This document shows positions 1-15,700 of a stretch of 64,000 bases of DNA, in pieces; within the stretch, counting starts at the first letter, position 1; each line of letters starts with the position of its first letter. The position numbers were made by a program, and so were the translations under genes. The notes below the pieces were generated by a model that was not told the DNA's origin, ran no database searches, and saw nothing but the letters and a program-made list of their open reading frames with translations. The stretch is from the human T2T-CHM13v2.0 reference genome, Homo sapiens, in assembly GCF_009914755.1 (NCBI RefSeq), contig NC_060929.1; one strand, written 5' to 3'.

Positions 1-130
1 GGGGAAGAAATGGGAGTGTATCTGAATGTTCACGTCTCTTTCAGATGAAGCTAACAGTTCACCTGAAACAATGTGACATTTAATAAAAAAATGACACAGT
101 CTTCTGTTTGAAAATAAACACGTTTCTTAC

Positions 131-306
131 TTTTTGACTAATGAGAACAGGAGCATCATTTATGGAAGAGGCCCAGTTGACAAAGTCAGTCACATCAATC
201 ACGGTTCCTCGGAGAAGCTTTTCTTTCAGTTCAAATGCATATTTTCTGGTTCCACCTCTTATGAGTGAAACAACATCATCTATGAGGTTTTCACTGGTGA
301 TGTTTA
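131..306 (-). CDS. C9: C9 exon 9 (MACPF C-terminal part)
   Basis: Acceptor ctcctcag|TAAACATC; [59 protein letters not shown]; donor AAA|gtaaga; 176 nt. Confidence 0.98.
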
Positions 307-1743
307 CTGAGGAGAGAAGGAAGATTTAAAGAGAAGCAGAAGAAGTTTAAAGAGAAGCCAGTTATCAAAAGGACATATGATAAACATTTATTGAGTCCTT
401 TTAGTAAAATACAGCCTAATGTATTTATTAAATTTTAATTGTAAATATTGCTTATGCATTTTTTCACCTCAAATCTACAATGGAAATTTACATTAGTAAC
501 CAGTTGTAGATTTCTGTCATCTCTTTTAAAAAATAAAAACGAAACCCATGGTCTAGATACACTGATAAATTCACAGCTCCTCACATACAAACATGTACTC
601 ACGGGAACTAAATATGACTTTGGGTGTAATATATATTTTCTTTTGCAAACTTACCTTCATAATTATATTGTGTACATTTGCTTTGATATGTTTTAATATT
701 ACAAAAAGAAGAGTTCAAAAAAGAATAAAGTGAAAAGTAACATTTCTTTCCACTCCCAAATCCTACCCATCGTTTCCCTCAGTGTCTCTCTGTAGATGAA
801 GCCACTTTTAACAAAACTTTGTAAGTCTTTTACAGCTGTGAATTTTTAAAACTGGAAAGGAATTTCAAGATAATTTTTGTCATCCCCTCTTCATTTTTAT
901 AGAAGAGAAATTGGAAACTTAGAGAGGTGGAGTGACTAGTCAGAGATCACACAGTTAGCTTAAGGACCAAATATAGAAATTATACCGTATAATGGCAAAT
1001 TCAGCTTTTTTCCACTACTTCATCATTGGTTTTTCAATCATGGACACATATTATTGGTTGGTATGCTTTTAAATATATCAGGTTTTTCCTCACTTTTGCC
1101 TCCCCACTACCAGTTGACTCTTCCTTTAAAGGTGAGCTTTAAGCATTTGTATTTTAAAAATGTTCTCAGGTATTTCTGATTAGAGGAAAAGTTGAGAACT
1201 CTAGCACTAATTCATGCTTGTAAATCTGCTAAAGATTAACAGTAGGAAGTAATATTTATACCAAACATATTTGTATTTTTGAAAAGGTTAGGCACCAATT
1301 TAAAGTTAAGGATGAATTAGGGATTTCAATTTAGATGGAAGGTGGAGTTGGGGAAATGGTTTTGGCCTTGTCCTTTGTTAATGGATGCACGAACATTGTC
1401 GCTTGCTTATTTGGAAGCTTTGTTAAAATTAGGGTGAAGAAAGGAAACTTTTTATGAAGATACTTTTTTACTATTGCCATAATAAATATACAAGTCTAAA
1501 ATGACTACCGTGTGAATCACACCCCCTTGAGTTGTGTACTGTACAACTGGCACAATAGTGATACTGGTGAATACATGTCCATGCGCTATCGGTGTTTATA
1601 GTGGTTTGAAAACCGCTTTAAATGTAAGATAGTTTTTAAGCACAAAGAGGACAGACAATTAAGAGGGCTCATTGCAAGAGGGCAGTGCTCATTGACATCT
1701 ACCCTCAGGCTTTATAAAATCTAACAAGTGAGGCCACACTTAC

Positions 1744-1872
1744 CAGCTCTACCCTCTCCCCTCTTTACACAATCATCTTTATTAAATTCAGCTCCAACAG
1801 AGATTTCAGAGAAAGCCAGAGATACATCCAGATGATACCCAAGGCATCTCTTTATGTCTTTTAGTTCAACAC
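1744..1872 (-). CDS. C9: C9 exon 8 (MACPF TMH2 / CD59-recognised segment)
   Basis: Acceptor aaacag|GTGTTG; GVELKDIKRCLGYHLDVSLAFSEISVGAEFNKDDCVKRGEGRA; donor CTG|gtaagt; 129 nt. Confidence 0.98.
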
Positions 1873-4650
1873 CTGTTTAATGAATTTATTTGAAAATTAT
1901 TAGATAATGTCTACCAACATCACAAATAAATTCCAATTTTGCTATTTTCAAGCAACATCCTTACTTAGGTTCCTATACACCATGACTAAATTCAAATGTG
2001 CCATCATGTCTGTCCTGCTTTGTCCTCATATTAGATTATAGTGACCTCCTTTTGACTTTGCTTGTCAACTTAATGGCAAAGGACACATTAAGTCTACCAC
2101 ATGGTTTAAAGGGATATAGGTCAGACTATGGTGGTTATAGTAAAGTCTTTTATCTGTAATATCATAGAAAAGGGACAACAATGTCTAACATATATTGAAT
2201 GCTTATCATGTGTCTGGCATCCTTCTAAGCATTTTGTGTGCTTTAACTAATTTAATCCTCACACTGGCCTTATGAAGTAAGTCCATATTGTCCTCATTGT
2301 ACAGATGAAAATATGGAATTGCAGAGCAGTTGAATAACCTACTAATGGCTCATTACTCAGCTAGTAAGTTTGGATTTGAACCCAGAGTTGTCTAGCTACT
2401 AAGCACTTCTCTGTATCAACTTCATAATTTGGATGAGATACATCAACATCTCCTGATCCTCTTTGGAAGACTCAGTTCATCCTTAATGTAGCTGGTTCAT
2501 CGCTTTGGACAGATGGCTGATGTATGTGGTCACTTTGTTTTCATCCTATGAATGCTACTTGGTAGATATCAGTCTTGGAAGCTGACTCATTATGGTGTGT
2601 AGATGCCCAAACAGTTACTAGAAAGAAAAATCCTAATATTTTCAAAGTCTATCAGTTATTATCTGTTTTTGCAATTCATAAAAAAAATAATTATTCCTCT
2701 ATTTTAAGGGTAAACATCCCAGACCACAGTTCACTGACAATGTCAGTTTTTGCCGTTATTTATCATTTATTTCATACATGCAAACACACACACACACACA
2801 TACACACGAATTTGTGATTATTTGTTCTGGGAGTCAAAATGCTTTATGAAAAAGGAAAGAAAAAAATGAAATGAGGTTAATCATGGGGTTCTACAAGGAG
2901 TATCAGGGGTAGACATCTGGGGGCATTTAGGCGTTTATTCACCTATCAAATATTTCTCATGCACCCACAATTAGTGAGAACTTAGAAATTATCAGGTGGC
3001 ATTTCCCATGGGAAGGGAAGAGAGAGGATAAAAATCGAAGACAATACTAGAAATCCGTAATTCTAGATTTCTAACCTTATCCTTAAGAAGTGTGAGGACT
3101 CTGCTTCTGAAGATGAGGGTGAAAGATAACCTGGGTGACCCTAAAGGGCTCAGATTCTCTGCCTTAGCAGTGGACACTCATGTCCAGACATCTTAAATTG
3201 AGGTGGAGGACATGGCTTGGTTCTCAGATATTGGCACTGGAGAAGTGAGAAAGAGCACTTCCTCTTCAAAGTCACTAGAATTGACCTGATGATCCTTGTC
3301 TATTAAGGCCAGAAGGTAAGTAGCTTCTGAGTTATTCAGGATTAAAGATCTCTTCCTATGGAGCTTTTTCATCAAAACAACTCCTAGTCTGAAGATTTCT
3401 TTGTGTTTTGATCACCACTCATAAGCCTTTCTCTTCTCATTTTCAAGTTACTCAAGACCTGTGTTCTCTTGTACCCTTCCCTTACGTGATATCTCCATCA
3501 ATATAGCTTCCAGGTGGAGCTCACAGCAACTTCACTATGCTGTGGATATAGCCCTGTGAAAGTGTAAGCTAAGTAACATTACATTCCACTCCCCCCCGGG
3601 AAAGCTTCTCTCTGCCCAAAACAAGACTGAGGCATCAAGACCAGCTGGTTCTGGCTATGTCATGTTTTGTTATCCATAAAGTATTTGCTGACCTTGGGGA
3701 GAATATCAGGCTTTTACGTCACAGTTACATTCCACCCTTCACTTAACACCTGATACCTTGACACTGACCCCGTAAAAGCCATTAAAGTGGTTTTTAGCAA
3801 CGCTTTCCTCCCTAAGAGACACACCTATAGTTACAAGGGCAGAGAGGAAGCATCCTGGCATCCATCACCTCCTTAAGGAATATTATAACTAGCCATAATT
3901 ACTCACAACATGAATGATTACAACTTATTAATATAGTCACTTTGCATTTACTTTTTTCTTAAAAGACTTAGACGAACCCTTTAGGCCAGGCTGATAACTA
4001 TGTATCAGTAGGCCTATCTTCTACCCATGACAGACATTGATAATTAACCATGGCCCTTTTCCCCATGATTTCCCCATGACCAGAAACCTACTTAACATGA
4101 GCCCAATTCAACCACCACCATATAATGAGAAGTGTCATCACATGAGGTAAAACTAATTTTCCACCCTTGCTTTAAGATGTTAGATTTATATGATAACACT
4201 GCTTCTTCTTTTCCCTCTAAAAGAAAATTTAGAACAATATTTTCCCTCCAATATTGAAGTATACTCTGGAAGATAACTGTGATATAGAAATTGAACTAGT
4301 CTATTGATTAAGAAGTAGGTTATACAAATTATGTCTGTACTTTCTTTCACCTTTTGTTTAGTATTTCACTAAAAGTACCACCTTCTAATAGATGTGAAGC
4401 TGCAATACAATGGATCCATCTCTCAGTGCTACTGTTGAGTAGAGTATGACCAAGTCAGCTTGTTTGAGATGGAAGTCAATTTGCTATTTAACAGGGTTTT
4501 AGGTGCCAAAGGGCAGGAAGAGAGTCCTCTCAAAGGAGCAGGTTACAGGGCTTTGTATTCTTAAGACTTTAACCATTGAAACAGGTTGGTGAACAAAATA
4601 ATGTTTGGTCAAAACAGTATTTGAAGTCAGAGCTCTATTTCTAGGCATAC

Positions 4651-4891
4651 CTTTCCGCTTCATGGAAGCTTTATCCAAAACATATATTAGTTCATAGAGT
4701 CCTCCTAGAGACCCAGAGCTACTGTAGTGAGTTCCATAGGTTTCCAAAAAGGCAAAATATTCTCCCTTTTCATAGGTAGTTGGCAAAGCTTTTATATCAT
4801 CCACAAAAGTTGTTGTGAGCACAACATCGCGATTTCTCATTACAAATCTTCCCAGATGAATTTCTCCTTTCACATGCAGAAACATTTTTTC
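4651..4891 (-). CDS. C9: C9 exon 7 (MACPF signature YGTHY...GG)
   Basis: Acceptor acacag|GAAAAA; [16 protein letters not shown]...[33 protein letters not shown]; donor AAAG|gtatgc; 241 nt. Confidence 0.98.
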
Positions 4892-4999
4892 CTGTGTTGT
4901 AGAGCAGATGAAGAAGAGAAACATGTGTTTTATCCACCATTTCAAATGAAAATTTATGAAATTTAGAACTTCCATAGGCACTAAATGTTTTAGCAGTGA

Positions 5000-5840
5000 C
5001 CATGAGATACCACTCTAATCCACCAGAAGGGCTAAATGTAAAATACTATCAACACCAACTACTGATGAGAATGTGCAGTGACTAAAACTCTCCTACATTA
5101 CTGGTAAAATTAGACAGCCACTTTGAAGAACTGTGTGGCACTTTCCCATAGTGTTAAGCACACATTTGCTTATGACCAGCCAGCAATTCCACTCCTACAT
5201 ATTTACCTAATAAAAATTTTGTTCACAAAAGTATCTGTATAAGAATTTCATGGCAGCATTAGTCAGAATAGCTTAAAATTGAAAACATCTCAAATGTCCA
5301 TCAAGAGAGAAATCAATAAACAACCATAGCATATTAATACAATGGAATACTAATCATCAATAAAAAGGAAAATAAAACTACTGATACATGTAACAACATA
5401 AATAAATCTCAAAAATATTATACTGAGTAAAAGAAGTCAGACATAGAGGAGTATATCCTATATAATTCCATTTATATGAAGTTCTAGACTAGGCAAAACT
5501 AAGCTGTGGTCAGATAAATCTGGTCAGTGGTCACCTCTTAGGTGGTAGGGAACGGAAAAGGGCATAAGGAATTTTTCTTGGGGTAAGAAGCCTGAGTGTC
5601 TCTTCATGATGGAATTTTCTTGGTGTGATGTTCTTTAACTCAATGTATTTTAAACATAGATCTTAAATAATTTCCATCTAAATATGCTGCTGTGTCTTCT
5701 ATGTTAAAACATTTAAAATATTCTCTTGCTAAAGGAGATGGCTACTCTAATGTACATAATTATCAAAACTCATGAAACTATACACTTAAAATCTTTGCAT
5801 TTTATTTTATGAAATTATACCTCACTAAGTTGTTTTAAAA
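5000..5840 (+). mobile_element. Ancient L1 (L1ME/MC-like) 3' fragment
   Basis: atgagataccac...cagcaattccactcct...caaatgtccatcaa...attccatttatatgaagttc. Confidence 0.7.
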
Positions 5841-6679
5841 ACAACAGTGGAAGGAAATGGAGACATTATCAATAAAGCCCAATCTTGCTATTATGCAGAT
5901 GAGAAAACTAATTTAAAGATATCAAGTTATTTGTCCCAAAACATATGAATAATACTTGACAGCATTGGTACTAAAAACCTAGATCTCAGGTCTCCTTGTC
6001 CCTTTCAGTCCACCCTCTCAATTTTTAATGACAGAGACAGGACAGACAATATTTTGAGACGTGGAACTCAAGTCAGCCTAAGCAACTCAACAGTTAAATG
6101 TTTCCAGGGCCAGGGCTGATGGCTTACCTTTCCCGGAGAAAACTAGGGCAGTGAACTGTGTGATTCAATGCCATAGCTTGTCCTGATGAAAACTAAACTA
6201 CAATTGACACCCACAATTTTGCAAATGGATCTTTTGAGGGTCTCCTAACAGCTGTGGTTAACATATGATGATTATGTGGGAGTTTAAAATATTTTATTTC
6301 TTTTTAAAGGTATATCTTGCAGTATATGAATATCATACCAAACTGTCTGTCTTCTTAAAGCACATTGTTGTCATCATGATTTAACTTTAGGTGACAGTGG
6401 GTGATCCAGTCTTTAATAAAAATCTTAGCCTGTATGTTATAGGTCATATGAGCTCTTCATCTCCTGACTTGCACAAGAATTCTCAAATATGCCTTATTCA
6501 AAGCATATTTGGATTTCTTTTCAGTTTTGCTAAAACTGGGAGGTATATCTTGGGATTTGGGGTAAGAAAGACATGTGATGTTCTTTGGGTCAATTTACTT
6601 CAAAGGTAGCTCTTAGCTCATTATCATCCAAATATGCAGTTGTTTCTTCTATCTTAAAGCAACAAAAAGTTTCCCTTGG

Positions 6680-8520
<1,841 letters not shown>

Positions 8521-9273
8521 AGAATTTTCCACCTGTACACTTGAGTGGGTATGCATGTAAATAGAGAGGTAATTTACAGACCCATACAAAACAATTACAT
8601 AGTTAGGCATCATATAAGTACTAAGAGTGAATTATTATTGTTAATGTGGGAGAAGCTTGTCTAAATAAGTGACTGTGGTATCAGAAAAGGAAGAATGAGC
8701 ATTTTACTGGCATCATGCTGATTACAGAGAGTATATTTTATATTTATTCCAAGAGTGGTAGAACAAACTTCAAAATCTGGTTCAAATATTTTAAAAATCA
8801 CATTTTCAAAGTCTCAAACGTATGATTACAAAATAATCAGACCAATTTTATGTGCATGTGTATAATTTCATAGCATCATTTCTTTAGAGACACAGTTTGT
8901 AGTTAATAAACAGTGATCATTCTAGGTAAGGCATTGCAATGAATTACCAGAATTCTTCAGTATAATTCTTCATTAAAATTCTGATGATCATATAAATTGA
9001 ATGGTATATTACCACAATCTCAGTCAAAAAATGCTCTAAATTCTTAATACGCATTTTCTGCTCACTACCACCAAACATATTATTCATTTACCACTGCCAA
9101 AGATTCTATCAGACTTTTCTCCAGTTAGTATTCTTTCTGACGTGCTAGCTACATATTTGAGAATTTGATCCATGTTTCTTTTCCTTTTTATGATTTCTAT
9201 TTGCTCAAAATACTTAAAGAGTCTGGGTAGTTTGGAACCTTTCTATATTCCTATATTAACTGTTTTGTCTTAC

Positions 9274-9528
9274 CTTCTTTGAAGAATATGACAAAAATAG
9301 TTGGTAAGTTTCATTTTTGGAATATGAAAACCGAAAACTACCCTTGCCATGTAAAGAAATTGAGGAGGCTGTTTCCTCACAACATTGTTCAGCTTTATTT
9401 GTTTCAGTGGGTGTAAATTTTAGAGATATAGCTGCATTAAAATTTGATGTCTTCTCTTGGATGATACTTTTAAATGCTTCAATTTGTTCTTCGTAATGTT
9501 CGGTTCTGAAATTTTTCTCGCCTTTGGT
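9274..9528 (-). CDS. C9: C9 exon 6 (MACPF, TMH1 region)
   Basis: Not in the ORF track; read manually. Acceptor cttttag|ACCAAAGGC; TKGEKNFRTEHYEEQIEAFKSIIQEKTSNFNAAISLKF...ETYQLFLSYSSKK; donor AAG|gtaaga; 255 nt. Confidence 0.98.
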
Positions 9529-9842
9529 CTAAAAGAGAATAAAAAAGTGTTGTTAAAAACAAGATACGAAACAAAAGGAAAAACAAGCAGAACAGAACCA
9601 AAGAGAAGTCAAACAATTCTTTGAAAGGCAGTAGAACAAAGGAGTTAAGAGCAAAAGTGATGGAGTCAGATTCCTGGGGTTCAAATACAGACTCTGTCAC
9701 TTTGAAGTGATTATGCAATAATCTCTATGTGCTTAGTATGATTCTTAGTCTATAAAACAGGGATATTCATCATACCTAGCACAAAGGTTCTTATAAAAAT
9801 TCAGTGAGATAATGCATACGAAGGACTTATAGTATAGCAAAC

Positions 9843-12036
9843 TTTTTTTTCAACTTACTTTAAGTTCTGGGGTACATGTGCAGGATGTGCAGGTTTGCTA
9901 CATAGGTAAACATGTGCTATGGTGGTTTGCTGCACAGATCAACCCATCACCCAGGTATTAAGCCCAACATCCATTAGCTATTCCTCCTGATGCTCTGTCA
10001 CCCCTACCCCCAACAGGCCCCAGTGAGTGTTTTTTCCCTAACGTGTCCATGTGTTCTGATCATTCAGCTCCCACTTACAAGTGAGAACATGAGGTGTTTG
10101 GTTTTCTGTTCCTATGTTAATGTGCTGATGATAATGGCTTCCAGCTCCATCCAAGTCCCTGCAAAGGACGTGATCTTGTTCCTTTTTATGGCTGCATAGT
10201 ATTCCATGGTGTATATGTACCACATTTTCTTTATCCACTCTATCATTGATGGGCGTTTGGGTTGATTCCAAGTCTTTGCTATTGTGGATAGTGCTGCAAT
10301 GAACATATGCATGCATGTATCTTTATAATAGAATGATTTCTATTCTTTTGGATATATACTCAGTATTGGGATTGCTGGATCAAATGGTATTTCTGCTTCT
10401 AGATCTTTGAAGAATTGGCACACTGTCTTCCACAATAGTTGAACCAATTTACACACCCACCAACACTGTAAAAGCGTTCCTTTTCCTCTATAACCTTGCC
10501 AACATCTGTTGTTTTTGACTTTTTAATAATTGTCATTCTGACTGGTTTGAGATGGTATCTCATTGTGGTTTTGATTTGCATTTCTCTAATGATCAGTGAT
10601 GTTAAGCTTTTTTTCATATGTTTGTTGGCCACATGAATGTCTTCTTTTGAGAAGTGTCTGTTCATATCCTTTGCCCACTTTTTAATGGGGTCGTTTGTTT
10701 TTTTCCTGTAAATTTGTTTAAGTTCCTCATAGACTCTGGATATTGGATCTTTGTCAGATGGATAGATTGCAAAAATTTTCACCTATTATATAGGTTGCCT
10801 GTTCACTCTGATGTTAGTTTCTTTTGCCGTGCAGAAGCTCTTTAGTTTAACTGGATCCCGTTTGTCAATTTTTGTTTTTGTTGCAATTGCTTTGGCATTT
10901 TATGAAATCTTTGCCCATGCCTGTGTCCTGAATGGTATTGCCCAGATTTTCTTCTAGGATTTCTATAGCTTTTGGTTTTACATATAAGTCTTTAGTCCAT
11001 CTTGAGTTAATTTTTGTATAACATGTAACGAAGGGGTCCAGTTTCAATTGTCTGCATATGGCTAGCCAGTTCTCCCAGCACTATTTATTAAATAGGGAAT
11101 CCTTTTCCCATTGCTTGTTTTGGTCAGAGTTGTTGAAGATTAGATGGTTGTAGGTGTGCAGTCTTATTTCTGAGTTCTCTATTGTGTTCCATTGGTCTAT
11201 GTGTCTGTTTTTGCACCAGTACCATGCTATTTTGATTACCGTAGCCTTGTACTATAGTTCAAAGTCAGGCAGTGTGACGCCTCCAGCTCTGTTCTTTTTG
11301 CTTAGAATTATCTTGGCTATATAGGCTCTTTTTTGTTTCCACATGAATTTTAAAATGGTTTTTTTTTTTCTAATTCCATGAACAATGTCAGTGGTAGTTT
11401 AATGGTAATAGCATTGAATCTATAAATTACTTTGGGCAGTATGGCCATTTTCACAATATTGATTCTTCCTGTCTGTGAGCATGAAATGTTTTTCCATTTG
11501 CTTATGTCCTCTCTGATTTCCTTGAGCAGTAGTTTGTAGTTCTTGAAGAGGTCCTTCACTTGCTTTGTTAGCTGTATTCCTAGGTATTTTATGGGTTTTT
11601 TTTTTAGCAATCGTGAATGGGAGTTAATTTATGATTTGGTTCTCTGCTTGCCTGTTGTTGGTATATAGGAATGGTAGCAATTTTTGCCCATTAATTTTGC
11701 ATCCTGAGACTTTGCTGAAGTAGCTTATAAGCTTAAGAAGCCTCTGGGCTGAGACAACGGGGTTTTCTAAATATAGGATCATGTCATCTGGTCATCTGCA
11801 AACAAAGATAATTTGACTTTCTCTCTTCGTATTTGAATACCCTTTATTTCTTTCCCCTGCCTGATTGCACTGGCCAGAATTTCCAATACTATGTTGAATA
11901 GGAGTCATCAGAGAGAGCATCCTTGTCTTGTGCTGGTTTTCAAGGAGAATGCTTCCAACTTTTGCCCATTCAGGGTGATATTGGCTGTGGGTTTTTCATA
12001 TATAGCTCTTACTATTTTGAGGTATATTCCTTCAAC
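9843..12036 (-). mobile_element. 5'-truncated older primate L1 (L1PA10-13-like), 3' 2.2 kb
   Basis: T tract then the reverse complement of an L1 3' UTR (ggggtacatgtgcaggatgtgcagg); minus-strand ORF2 C-terminal fragments ([28 protein letters not shown]). Confidence 0.93.
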
Positions 12037-12789
12037 ACTAAAATTTCAATTAGAACTTTTTTTTTTTTTTGCCAACTTGGCTATTGTCAGGTTGTTGTCA
12101 GTGAGAGACTTGTTATATAAGTGGTTCAGTTCCCTTTTCAGAAATCTTCTGAATTAGGTATAACTCTTGTCTGGGAAGGGGACACCTGTATCTTCAGACA
12201 GTGTCATGGACTGGATTTAGTATTGAGTGGTTGTTCTGCATGAGAAACCTAAAGTTATTACTGTCTCATGAAAAGACTGAAATGTATATAGTTATCTTTA
12301 AAACAAGACATGTTGAAGAAACTGCCTAGCATAACAGGGAAAAGCAAACTAACCATTGCCACTTCCCTACTTAGATCTTTCTAATGTATTTCTAATGACT
12401 TTAATATAGTCTAAACTAGATTTATTTCTAGTCAATCTCTCCCTAACTGTGTGTCAGCCATCCAGCTGTTCCACAACCCATGCTGTTCTTACCATAAGTC
12501 CCTTTTATGCTGCTTTTTCTTTCTAGAATGTTCTCTTACTCTTTCCCCCCAACCCTCCCATAGCACAGACATCACACACACTCCCTTTCACACATACACA
12601 CAAAACATAGGCCTCAGGTTGATTAATTCCCACTCCTATTTCAAGTCTTACCTGAAACATCACTTCTTTAGGAAAGCCCCTCCTGATATAACAGACTAAC
12701 AAATATTTTTGCTACAAGCTTTTCTGGCTCCTCTTTTAAAACAAAATAAAATGAAAACCACTTCTTTTATAATTACTTATTAAATAAAA

Positions 12790-15700
12790 CTTCAGCCTTT
12801 GACTCTAGTTACATCCCAGCACCCTATAGATATAGGGTCCAGGCTTAACCAGTGCCAGGCCAGCCTCCATGGCCTCAGGCCCGAGGCCAGTTTCACAGAC
12901 AAAGTTTCCAGCCTCAACTCAGGCTTTAGACAGGCCCAGAATGAGGCTGGTCTCTGTAGCCCTAGACTCAGGATTTTACTTGCAGACTAAGACTCCAGCT
13001 ATAACCCAATGCCAGGTCAGCACCCGTACACCTCAGCTTCAGGCCAGCTTCCATGACCTCAAGCACCAGGCCAGCACCTGGGACTCAGTCTCAAAGGCTG
13101 GTCACTACAGACTCAGGCTCCAGTTTCACCCAGTGCCAGAATGGCCACTGCAAATCCCAAAATCAGGCGCGAGACCAGGGATCCAGCCTCTAGGGCCATC
13201 CCAGTGCAAAGCCAGCCCTATTGGCCCCAGGCTCCAGGCCAGCCTTCATGAGTTCAGCCTCCAGGATGGTCCTTACAGCCTCAAGATCCAGTGGACCCAC
13301 TGGACCCAGGATCCAGGCCCACTTCTGTAGACTCCAGTGCTAGGTTGACCTCTATGGATACAGGCACCAGGCTCATTCCAGCAGACCCAAGCTCCAGGCC
13401 TTCCCCAGTGAACCAAGGAACCAATCACGTCTACCCAAGGACTCCAGCATCAAGCCTGCTTGTGGACCATGCCAGATGACTTGCCCAGAATCTCTGGACA
13501 CACTGATTAATGAAGGGTTATCCCTGCTGCAGTTAGTCTGTAAGGAATGGAATAAGTGCTTACTTCTTCAAAGGCATAGATATGCATGGTCACAAAGATC
13601 ACACATAATCAGGGAAACATGGCATCACCAAAGGAACAAAATAAAGCACTGGTAACTGACCCTAAAGAAGTGGAAATTTACAAACTGCCTGATAATGAAT
13701 TCAAAATAATCAGCTTAAAGAAGCTCAGTGAGCTACATGAGAATACAGACAGAAGACTAGATGAAATCAGGAAAAAAATACATGAACAAAATTAGAAGTT
13801 CAATAGAGAGAAAGAAAGCATAAAAAAACACAAACAACCAAATTTAGGGAGTTAAAGAACATAATTAGGGAGTTAAAGAACAGAGCTGAAAAATTTCATA
13901 GTGAGATTCAATAGCAGATTCTATCACACAGAAGAAAGAATCATGAGCTCAAAGACAGTTCATTTGAAATTACCAATCAGAAAAACAAAAAATAAAAAAG
14001 AAATAGTGAAGAAGTCCTGTGGGAACTATGGGGCACCATCAAGTGAACCAGTATATGTATTATGGTGCCCCGGAAGGAAGAGAGAAACACAAAAGTGTAG
14101 AAAACTTATTTAAAGAAATAATGACAGCAAGTTTCCCCAATGTGGAGAAAAAAAAGGAGCACCCAGGTCCATGAATCCCAAAGAACCCCAAATAGACTAT
14201 ATATGAAGAGATCTTCACTTAGACATATTATAATCAAACTCAAAAGTCATACAATAAGGAGAATTTTGAAAACAAGAGAAGAACAACTCGTCACATATGA
14301 GGGAGCTCACATAAGATTACTAGCAGATGTTTCAGCAAAAGCCTTGAATCCAGGAGAGAGTGAGATGATATATTCAAGAGTATTGAAAGAAAAATAAACT
14401 GCCAATCAAGAATAGTATACTTGGCAATTCTGACCTTCATAAATGATGAAGGAATAAAAAATTTCCCAGAGACACAAAAGCTGTGGAAGTTCATTACCTC
14501 TAGACCTTCCTATAAGAAATGCTAAAGGGAGTTCTTCAAGTTGAAAGAAAAGAATGATAATTCATAACATAAAAAATTTATGAAATTATAAAATTCACTG
14601 GTAAAATTAAGTACATAGTCAAATTCAGAATACTCTCACACCATATTGATGATGTACAAATCAAGTATATCTGTAGTATGAAAATTAAAAGACCACACTA
14701 TTAGATATAATAATAGCTATAATAGTTAAGGAATACACAATATAAAAAGATGTTAATTGTGACATCAAAAACAAAATGTGGGGAGGAAAAGTGTAGAAGT
14801 TTTAAAAATGTGATTGAATTTATGTTGCTAACAGTTTAAAATAGCCTATTATAACTATAGATATTTTATGTAAGCTGCATGGTAACTCATGAAAACCACA
14901 AAGCAAACACCTATAATAGACACAGAAAACATAAAAGCAAAGAATTAAAGCATATCAGTACAGAAAATTATCTAATCACAAAGGAAGATAGCAAGAGAGA
15001 AAGAAATAGCCAGAAAGAACATACAAAACAACCAGAAAACAATGAAAAAAATGGCAGTGGTAAGTCCTTACCTACCGATAATTATCTTAAATGTACTCAA
15101 TCAAGAGATGCAGAGTAGCTAAATGGATTAAAAAGCAGGTCCCAACTATTATATATGCTGCCTATGAGACTCACTTCACCTTTAAGTGCCAAAATAGAGC
15201 AGGGATAGCTAAACATACCAGATAAAATTTTGACTTGTTAAAAACTGCAAGAAGGGACAAAGAAAATCACTATATAATAATGAAGGGGTCAATTTTGCCA
15301 GAGGATATTTAAATTTCTAGACACCCAACATCAGAGCACCTAAATGTATAAAGTAAATGTTAATAGATCTGAAAGGAGAGACAAACTGCAATAAAATAGT
15401 AGGGGTCTTCTTAATACTCCACGTTCAACAATAGGCAGGTCATCTGGAGAGAAAATTATTAAGGAAACATTGGAACTGAACTACTCTTTAGTCCAAATGG
15501 ACCTAACAAATATACACAGAACATTCCATCCAAAGTAACATAATACATGTTTTTATCAAGCACACATGGAACATTCTCGTGGACAGATCGTATATTAGGC
15601 CATAAAACAAGTCTTAAACATTTTAAGAATATTAAAATAATATTAAGGATCTCTTTTGATCACAATGGTATGAAGCTAGAAATCAATAACAGGAGAAATT

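Noticed and set aside
1778-1783. AATAAA on the C9 strand inside exon 8
   Set aside because: Explained by the Asn-Lys codons, and a strong donor lies just downstream; no support for cleavage.
12869-13330. 153-aa Pro/Gln-rich ORF
   Set aside because: Lies in the C-rich repetitive 5' region of the old L1; no splice or homology support.
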